Source of the DNA: Thermodesulfobacteriota bacterium | Lineage (GTDB): Bacteria > Desulfobacterota_D > UBA1144 > Nemesobacterales > Mycalebacteriaceae | Length of the DNA: 64,000 nt | Assembly: GCA_965205855.1 (NCBI GenBank) | Contig: OZ242184.1 | Location: 192,001-256,000 of the forward strand | Reading direction: 5' to 3' | Shown here: one piece after another, positions 57,272-64,000 of the stretch | Layout of the letters: every line of letters begins with the position of its first letter | Numbering within the stretch: position 1 is the stretch's first letter | The notes under the pieces: model-generated | The model's input: only the letters and a program-made list of their open reading frames with translations | Database searches by the model: none | What the model was told of the DNA's origin: nothing | Made by a program: the position numbers and the translations under genes

Positions 57272-60025
57272 TCAGTTTGCTCCCTTTTTTTTCAGAATTT
57301 TTTTCAGATAGCTTCCGGTTTTTGACCGTCTTTCGCGCGCAACCTCTTCCGGGGTTCCCGCCGCGACTAACCTTCCTCCGTTTTCCCCTCCTCCCGGTCC
57401 CAAGTCCACAAGATAATCGGCGCTTTTGATTATGTCGGTGTTGTGCTCTATTACAATCACCGTGTTGCCTTTGCGAATAAGTTTTTCAACCGCCTCAAGC
57501 AGGTTTTTTACATCGTTAAAATGCAATCCTATGGACGGTTCATCAAGGATATAAAGGGTTTTTCCGGTAGCTTTGTGTGATAGCTCCTTTGCTATTTTGA
57601 TTCTCTGCGCTTCCCCTCCCGAAAGGGTGTTGGCTTCCTGCCCAAGTTTTATGTATCCGAGTCCAACCTGTTCAAGAACGCTCAGTTTCCGGCTTATCAC
57701 CGGAATGCTTGAGAAAAACTCCGCCGCCTCGCAAACCGCCATATTCAGAACCTCGGCGATGTTTTTGCCTCTGTATGTTATCTTAAGCGTTTCTTTTCCG
57801 TAGCGTTTTCCTCCGCACTGTTCGCATGTTGTATAAACGTTGGGCAGGAAGTGCATTTCCACTTTTACGCTTCCTTTTCCGTGGCACAGGCCGCAACTTC
57901 CGTCGCTCACATTGAAGCTGAACCGTCCCGCCCCGTAGCCGCGTGTCTTTGACTCGGGAAGCATCGCGAACAGCTCCCTTACGGGGGTAAAAATCCCCGT
58001 GTATGTCGCCGGATTTGACCGCGGGGTTCTTCCAATCGGAGTCTGGTCTATCCTGATAATTTTGTCCACACTCTCCGCCCCGGAGACGGATATGTAACCG
58101 TCTCCGGCTTTGATTCCCCGGCGCGCCGCTTCAATCGCCGGACAAAGCGCCTTGTGCAGCAGGGTGCTTTTCCCCGACCCGGAAACTCCCGTAATGCAGG
58201 TGAACACTCCCACGGGAAACGATATGTCCAGATTGGCGAGATTGTGCTTTGCCGCCCCTTTCAATTTCACAAATTGCTCCGGTTTTCTTCTTTCCCGCGG
58301 AGTGTCTATGGATTCCCTGCCGGACAGGTATTTTCCGGTCAGCGAATTCTTGCATGACATCAGGTCCTTAACGGTTCCGCATCCGGTTATCTCTCCGCCG
58401 TGCCGTCCGGCTTCCGGGCCCAAGTCCAGCACAAAATCGCTGTTTCTTATTATGTCCTCGTCATGCTCAACAACCACAACCGTGTTGCCGTCATCCCTAA
58501 TTGATTTCAGTGTCCGTATCAGCTTGTCGTTGTCGGACGGATGCAGCCCTATGGACGGTTCGTCAAGCACATATGTAACACCGGTCAGTTTGGAGCCCAG
58601 TTGAGTCGCAAGCCGAATCCTCTGCGCCTCTCCTCCCGAAAGAGTGTTGGCGGAGCGGTCAAGGGCCATATAGCCGAGTCCGATTTCTCTGAGAAAGCCG
58701 ATTCTTGAAACTATTTCGCGCACAACAGCGCCGCCGATTTCAGTTTCATATTTTCCAAGTTTGAGTTTCTCAAAAAAACTCGCCGCGCGGTTCACATCAA
58801 GGCGCGAGATGTCATAAATTGTTTTTCCGTTCAGAAGAACCGACAGACTTTCTTTTTTTATTCTCGCGCCGTCGCATGAATCGCAACGCGCGGTTTTCAT
58901 GTATCCGGCAAGTTCGGTCTCTACCTCTCCCGATGAGGTTTCTCTCCGCCACTTTGACAGCGCTCCGATAACTCCGGGAAAGCCGTTGTTTCCGTAAAGA
59001 ACCGTCCGCCGGGTTTTTGCCGGAAGTTTGCCGAACGGGATTTTTGTGCTGAACCCGTGGTAAGCGGCGGTCTGTTCCATAAGCCGCTTGTGATACGGGG
59101 AGTTTTTCCACGGATTTACTGCCCCCGCTTCTATTGACAGCGAGGGGTTGATTAGCAGCTCCGGATCAAAATCCGTTGTTGTTCCAATCCCCGAACACTT
59201 CCGGCACATTCCGTAAGGGCTGTTGAAGGAGAAGATTCTGGGCGATATTTCCCCGAACGTCGCTCCGCACGACGGGCAGGAGAAGGTTTCGCTGAAATTG
59301 ACGGTTTTGCCTTTGAGCAAACAGACGGCGTTGCCTCCCGATTTGCGAAGAGCAAGCCCGAGAGAATCTTCCAGCCTTTTCCTTGATCTGTCCCCCGAAA
59401 CTTTGACAACATCCACCACGACCTCGATATTGTGCGCTTTGTTTCTGTCCAGAACTATTTCCTCGTCAAGGTCTCTCTCCGTTCCGTCAATCATGGCGCG
59501 CACAAAGCCCTCTCTTCTCAACTCCTCCAGCTCTTTGCGGTATATGCCTTTCCTTCCCCTGACAATGGGAGACATTATCGTTACTTCCTCTCCGTTTTCC
59601 TCGGTTATGATTCTTTCTGCCATTGAATCGACCGTCTGCGCGCTTATTTTCTCGCCGCACCTGTGGCACACGGGCTTTGCCACGCGCGCGAAAAGCAGCC
59701 TCATAAAGTCATAGATTTCCGTTATTGTGCCGACCGTTGAGCGCGGGTTGCGGTGAAAGGTTTTCTGATCAAGGGATATTGAAGGCGAGAGCCCGTCAAT
59801 AAAATCCACATCGGGCTTTTCAAGCTGCTCAACAAACTGCCTTGCGTATGCCGACAGAGATTGAAGAAATCTCCGTTGCCCTTCCGCAAACAGGGTGTCA
59901 AACGCGAGGGACGACTTGCCCGAGCCGCTTACCCCCGTGATGGTAACAAGTTTTCCGCGCGGGATTTCCACGTTGATATTTTTAAGATTGTGGCTTTTTG
60001 CGCCCTTTATTCTGATAAAACCCAA
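57272..60025 (-). CDS. uvrA: Excinuclease ABC subunit A
   Basis: [31 protein letters not shown], two LSGGEAQRI motifs, [15 protein letters not shown]. Confidence 0.98.
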   Translation of the reverse strand: MGFIRIKGAKSHNLKNINVEIPRGKLVTITGVSGSGKSSLAFDTLFAEGQRRFLQSLSAYARQFVEQLEKPDVDFIDGLSPSISLDQKTFHRNPRSTVGTITEIYDFMRLLFARVAKPVCHRCGEKISAQTVDSMAERIITEENGEEVTIMSPIVRGRKGIYRKELEELRREGFVRAMIDGTERDLDEEIVLDRNKAHNIEVVVDVVKVSGDRSRKRLEDSLGLALRKSGGNAVCLLKGKTVNFSETFSCPSCGATFGEISPRIFSFNSPYGMCRKCSGIGTTTDFDPELLINPSLSIEAGAVNPWKNSPYHKRLMEQTAAYHGFSTKIPFGKLPAKTRRTVLYGNNGFPGVIGALSKWRRETSSGEVETELAGYMKTARCDSCDGARIKKESLSVLLNGKTIYDISRLDVNRAASFFEKLKLGKYETEIGGAVVREIVSRIGFLREIGLGYMALDRSANTLSGGEAQRIRLATQLGSKLTGVTYVLDEPSIGLHPSDNDKLIRTLKSIRDDGNTVVVVEHDEDIIRNSDFVLDLGPEAGRHGGEITGCGTVKDLMSCKNSLTGKYLSGRESIDTPRERRKPEQFVKLKGAAKHNLANLDISFPVGVFTCITGVSGSGKSTLLHKALCPAIEAARRGIKAGDGYISVSGAESVDKIIRIDQTPIGRTPRSNPATYTGIFTPVRELFAMLPESKTRGYGAGRFSFNVSDGSCGLCHGKGSVKVEMHFLPNVYTTCEQCGGKRYGKETLKITYRGKNIAEVLNMAVCEAAEFFSSIPVISRKLSVLEQVGLGYIKLGQEANTLSGGEAQRIKIAKELSHKATGKTLYILDEPSIGLHFNDVKNLLEAVEKLIRKGNTVIVIEHNTDIIKSADYLVDLGPGGGENGGRLVAAGTPEEVARERRSKTGSYLKKILKKKGAN

Positions 60026-60049
60026 GACGCGACAACTCTACACTTTAAT

Positions 60050-60898
60050 TCACCCGCGCGGAGTCATCGCTTCAAGACGGGCTATGCGCTCCGCGGTCGG
60101 AGGGTGGGTGCTGAAAAGTTTTGCGAACCCGCCTCCAATCGCCGGACTTACAATCATCATATGAGATGTGCTTTCCGCCGCCTGTTCGCTCACATTGAAG
60201 GGAATCTGCTTTGCGAGTCTGTCCATTTTTCTCAAGGCATCCGCGAGGAACATGGGATTTGAGCATATCACGGCTCCCTCTCTGTCGGCTCCAAACTCCC
60301 TTGTGCGCGATATGGCAAGTCTCACTATTGTCGCCGCGAGCGGAGCCACAATTGCCATTGCGAGAAGAACGAAGATGTTGCCTCTGCCCCTTCCTCCGCC
60401 GAAGATAGCCGAGAACTGCGCAATCCAGGCTATGTAACTGATTGCCGCCGCGATTGTCGCCGCGATTGACCCTATCAGGATGTCGCGATTTTTTATATGG
60501 GCGAGCTCATGCGCGAGAACGCCTTTGAGTTCATGTCTTTCAAGGATTCTGACAATTCCGTCCGTTACCGCGACCGCCGAATGGGACGGGCTTCTCCCCG
60601 TGGCGAATGCGTTGGGGGATTTTTCGGGAACCGTGTAAACCTTCGGCATCGGAAGCCCCGCATTTTGCGCAAGCTCCCGCACATCGGCGTAAAGTTCGGG
60701 GTGGGTTTGTTCGTTCACTTCACGCGCCTTATACATTTTCAGCACGATTTTGTCGCTCCACCAGTAGCTTGCGAAGTTCATAATCCCCGCGAACACAAGG
60801 GCGATAACGGCTCCCTGTTGTCCGCCGAACGCTCCGCCGCACCAGACAAGTATTGCCGAGAGGAGAGCGAGCAGGATAACGCTTTTCAAAGTGTTCAT
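60050..60898 (-). CDS. htpX: Membrane zinc protease HtpX
   Basis: [17 protein letters not shown] (HExxH), ISR.RE..AD, FSTHP...RI.RL. Confidence 0.96.
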   Translation of the reverse strand: MNTLKSVILLALLSAILVWCGGAFGGQQGAVIALVFAGIMNFASYWWSDKIVLKMYKAREVNEQTHPELYADVRELAQNAGLPMPKVYTVPEKSPNAFATGRSPSHSAVAVTDGIVRILERHELKGVLAHELAHIKNRDILIGSIAATIAAAISYIAWIAQFSAIFGGGRGRGNIFVLLAMAIVAPLAATIVRLAISRTREFGADREGAVICSNPMFLADALRKMDRLAKQIPFNVSEQAAESTSHMMIVSPAIGGGFAKLFSTHPPTAERIARLEAMTPRG

Positions 60899-60917
60899 AG
60901 TTTTGTCTCCCTGCGCG

Positions 60918-61407
60918 TCAATAAGACGCTGATACTATTATAGTCACAAGCGGTTGCGGCGCAATGTTTCCGATTGGGCGATTTTGCCGTTCTTCCTTAG
61001 CCTCTTTTTTCCGCAGATACTCCGCCATGCTATAGTAATCCTCATCCAAAGCTCTCTTTAAGGGTGTATCTTTCCACCGATCACACTGGTTGATGTTTGC
61101 ACCGGCTTCATCCACCAGATATTCAAACAAAATTCTGTTACCATGGGCTATAGCACGGTGCAGTAAGCTGCCCCATAGATAATAGCAGTTAGCCCTTATG
61201 AAGTCGGGGACCAACTTTTTAAACTCTTGAAATCATACTCTAATTGAATATACCCGTCACCTCACTTTTAGCAGATTCCTGTTCCTCTTTTGTCTTCCAC
61301 TTTTCTAAGCCCTTGTTTGTAAAACACTGTCTATCGGCTTGAGCCTTGGGTAACTCCTAACCGGTGACTAAAAAAAAGAATAGGCCTACAAATAAAAGTT
61401 TTCTCAC
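60918..61407 (-). pseudogene. Decayed secreted ankyrin-repeat protein
   Basis: AAGGAG RBS and GTG give a signal-like MRKLLFVGLFFFLVTG ending in a stop; further stops and a frameshift follow; downstream is an ankyrin unit SLLHRAI..G....EYLV..GANIN..D.W.DTPL..A; AT-rich. Confidence 0.7.
60937..60964 (-). promoter_or_regulatory. Candidate sigma70 promoter for htpX
   Basis: Minus strand TTGCGC-N16-TATAAT about 40 nt upstream of the htpX ATG. Confidence 0.5.
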
Positions 61408-61623
61408 AACTTTTCTCCTTATCTTATTGTTACCTTATTAACCAATTATTTTATACTTTACAGTTTGTAACTGCGAAGTTTTTGCCATTATGGGCCTTGG
61501 TAGGCTTATCTGTATGCCCCACAATATATAAGATACCGGGGTATGGGATTTGCCGTCCTTCCGCTTTGCGTATTTTGACCTCTCCGCCTGTTTTCTTTAC
61601 AATCCCGCAGTTTGGTTGCGGAG

Positions 61624-63540
61624 ATGAGAAACAGGAAATCACACAATGTTATCGTTATCGGCGGCGGTCATGCCGGTTGTGAAGCCGCGCTCGCATCGGC
61701 GCGCATGGGGCGCAAAACGCTTCTGCTTACGGCAAACATAGACACAATCGGGGTTATGTCCTGCAACCCTTCAATCGGCGGGGTTGGCAAGGGGCATATT
61801 GTCAGAGAAATAGACGCTCTCGGCGGAGAAATGGCAAAAGCCGCGGACGCAAGCGCGATTCAATACAGAACGCTCAACACCCGTAAAGGCGCGGCAGTGC
61901 GCGCCACACGCTCGCAAGCCGACAGACAGGTCTACAGAACTTATATGCGCGCGGCGCTTGAAGGGTGCGAAAATCTTGAGATTAAACAGAGGATGATTGA
62001 CGGATTTATCCTTTCCGCGGGAGCGGTTGAAGGTGTGAAGACAAGTCTCGGCGAAAGTTTTTTCACAGACGCCGTGGTTGTAACTCCGGGAACCTTTCCA
62101 AACGGGCTTATTCATATGGGCAATGAGTGCTCCGCTGCGGGACGCGCGGGAGAAGGCGCGGCGGTTGCTATTTCAAGGTCTTTTGCGGATATGGGACTTG
62201 AAATGGGCAGGCTCAAAACCGGAACCCCGCCCCGTTTTGACGGAAGAACAATCCGCTGGGAGGCGCTTGCCGAACAGAAGGGCGATGAAAACCCGAGGCC
62301 TTTTTCCTTCTCCAACAGTCGCACGGAAATTGACCAGATGTCTTGTTACATAACGCATACGAATGAGAAAACCCATGATGTGATAAGAAAAAACCTTTCC
62401 CGCTCGCCGCTTTATTCGGGAGTCATAAGCGGAGTCGGCCCCCGTTACTGCCCGTCTGTTGAAGACAAGGTGGTAAAATTCCCCGACAAGACCGCGCATC
62501 AGATATTTCTTGAGCCGGAGGGCAGAAATACCTACGAAATCTATCCCAACGGCATATCCACAAGCCTCCCGCTTGATGTGCAGATTGAGATGGCAAGAAC
62601 TGTTGAGGGACTTGAGCAAGTTGAAATAATGCGTCCCGGATATGCGGTGGAATACGATTTTGTCAAACCTACTCAGTTGAGTTCATCGCTTGAGTGCAAA
62701 CGCGCTCGCGGGCTTTTCTTCGCGGGGCAGGTGAACGGAACAACCGGATATGAGGAAGCCGCCGGGCAGGGAATTGTGGCGGGAATAAACGCCGCGCTTT
62801 TCTCTCGCGGAGACGCACCTTTTGTTCTTGAGCGCTCGGACGCCTACATAGGGATTATGGTAGACGACCTTGTTACAAAAGGGGTTGACGAGCCATACAG
62901 AATGTTTACATCAAGGGCGGAATACCGGCTTGTGCTGCGCGAAGACAACGCGGACATGAGACTTACGGAAAAAGCTTACAAAGCGGGTCTCGTAACCGAC
63001 GTGTGCCATGAAAAACTTGTTGCGAAGAAAGAGTCTCTCAAAAAAGAGCTGGAGAGGCTGAAAATGACAAAGGAAGTTCCGGGCGGGCGAGCGGACATTA
63101 AGCTCCGGCAGTTAAATTCACCATCGCTGAAAAAGCCGCACACGCTTGCTGAAATTCTCAGAAGGCCGGCAATAACATACGCGCAGCTCGCGCTTTTTGA
63201 CCCTTTTTCGGCGGAGATTGCCGGCACCGATGTAGCGGCGCAGGCGGAGATGCATGTGAAATACGAGGGGTATGTGAAGATGCAGGCGGAGCAGATCAAT
63301 AAATTCAAAAAATTTGAGCGGATGTCAATTCCGCGCGCCTTTGACTACTCACAAGTGCCCGGCCTTTCGCGGGAGGTTGTTCAGAAACTTTCAGAGACAA
63401 GACCCCGCTCACTCGGACAGGCGGGAAGAATATCGGGAATAACACCGGCGGCCGTCTCGGTTCTCATGCTACACTTAAGCAGAGCCGCAGCGAGGGAAGG
63501 CGGTCAGGTTGCCTCTGTTTCCACCTCTTCATCGTTGTAG
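61624..63540 (+). CDS. mnmG: tRNA uridine-5-carboxymethylaminomethyl synthesis enzyme MnmG (GidA)
   Basis: VIGGGHAGCEAA, MSCNPSIGG, RLKTGTP, GPRYCPS.EDK, AGQ.NGTTGYEEAA, EPYRMFTSRAE. Confidence 0.98.
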   Translation: MRNRKSHNVIVIGGGHAGCEAALASARMGRKTLLLTANIDTIGVMSCNPSIGGVGKGHIVREIDALGGEMAKAADASAIQYRTLNTRKGAAVRATRSQADRQVYRTYMRAALEGCENLEIKQRMIDGFILSAGAVEGVKTSLGESFFTDAVVVTPGTFPNGLIHMGNECSAAGRAGEGAAVAISRSFADMGLEMGRLKTGTPPRFDGRTIRWEALAEQKGDENPRPFSFSNSRTEIDQMSCYITHTNEKTHDVIRKNLSRSPLYSGVISGVGPRYCPSVEDKVVKFPDKTAHQIFLEPEGRNTYEIYPNGISTSLPLDVQIEMARTVEGLEQVEIMRPGYAVEYDFVKPTQLSSSLECKRARGLFFAGQVNGTTGYEEAAGQGIVAGINAALFSRGDAPFVLERSDAYIGIMVDDLVTKGVDEPYRMFTSRAEYRLVLREDNADMRLTEKAYKAGLVTDVCHEKLVAKKESLKKELERLKMTKEVPGGRADIKLRQLNSPSLKKPHTLAEILRRPAITYAQLALFDPFSAEIAGTDVAAQAEMHVKYEGYVKMQAEQINKFKKFERMSIPRAFDYSQVPGLSREVVQKLSETRPRSLGQAGRISGITPAAVSVLMLHLSRAAAREGGQVASVSTSSSL

Positions 63541-63653
63541 AACTCTTCGTGATTTTCAAGCTCCGTGTCGTTGAGCTCAACTTCATCAAATTCGTCCGTT
63601 CCCACATAGGCTGATTCTTCGGGATTCTCAATCAAATTGACCAAATCCTTCAT
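63504..63653 (-). CDS. Possible small, extremely acidic protein (49 aa), absent from the ORF track
   Basis: MKDLVNLIENPEESAYVGTDEFDEVELNDTELENHEEFYNDEEVETEAT (19 D/E); convergent 37-nt overlap with the non-conserved mnmG tail. Confidence 0.5.
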   Translation of the reverse strand: MKDLVNLIENPEESAYVGTDEFDEVELNDTELENHEEFYNDEEVETEAT

Positions 63654-63752
63654 TCTCTCATCTTTTGAAAAAACCACCAATCAATCTCTGCTTTTATATT
63701 TTTCGGCCTTTGCGCCGTGTTTCACTCCATAATATTTACGGATGCGAAAAAA

Positions 63753-63998
63753 TCAACCCTTTTTTTTAGAGATTTTAAGAGATGCCACAAACTCTGCGGC
63801 TCCAACCGGAAGACCGCAGGAGCCGTTTTTACATACATAAACCGTTGCTTCGCCGTTTCTCCGCACGCATTCTTTTGCAAATGGCGCGATTACATCAATG
63901 GCCTTGTCGCCCGGTCGTTTGAGCAGCACCGTCCCGCCCGGCTCGTAGTTTTCCGCAAGCGCGTCCGTTACCGTCCTGATTTCATCGTTGTCGTTGCT
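63753..63998 (-). CDS. C-terminus of a YyaL/SPATA20-like thioredoxin-domain protein (truncated by window edge)
   Basis: Open frame from the window end reading ...NGEATVYVCKNGSCGLPV..., matching the YyaL C-terminal AYVC...C..P motif. Confidence 0.78.
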   Translation of the reverse strand, partial: SNDNDEIRTVTDALAENYEPGGTVLLKRPGDKAIDVIAPFAKECVRRNGEATVYVCKNGSCGLPVGAAEFVASLKISKKKG

Positions 63999-64000
63999 TC

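Noticed and set aside
1-64000. CRISPR array, rRNA, IS/transposase, prophage or integrase
   Set aside because: I saw no regularly spaced direct repeats, rRNA-like stretches or mobility-gene motifs; nearly all sequence is accounted for by CDSs.

Overview
This is a gene-dense bacterial chromosome segment of roughly 50% GC, with many overlapping and convergent gene ends. It holds about 70 genes, mostly housekeeping: translation (rpsF-rpsR-rplI, rplY, pth, prmC, metG, mnmG, rsfS, ftsY), cofactor synthesis (ribD, nadD, bioB/A/F, coaBC, thi4, cofG/cofH, F420:NADP reductase, a ChdC-like protein), amino acid metabolism (argH, hisG, proC, ilvD, gdhA), DNA metabolism (holB, tmk, uvrA) and envelope functions (murA, uppP, minor pilins, an autotransporter). 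Accessory parts are an AT-rich type II restriction-modification cassette (~14.2-16.1 kb) and a decayed secreted ankyrin gene (~60.9-61.4 kb). Gene order resembles delta-proteobacteria; a Ca. Dadabacteria-type, possibly sponge-associated host is a tentative guess only. The most striking observation is that ribosomal protein bS6 is fused in frame to an Smr (MutS2/SmrB-type) endonuclease domain inside an intact rpsF-rpsR-rplI operon that has an S6:S18-type leader, making it a candidate ribosome-embedded rescue nuclease. Also notable are a Cys-type, archaeal-like Thi4 appended to that operon, a BadI-like hydrolase that could make pimeloyl-CoA next to the bio genes, and two genes (bioB, rsfS) that appear to need ATT/ATA start codons. 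I found no rRNA, tRNA, CRISPR array or transposase. All family assignments come from motif recognition, not database searches.
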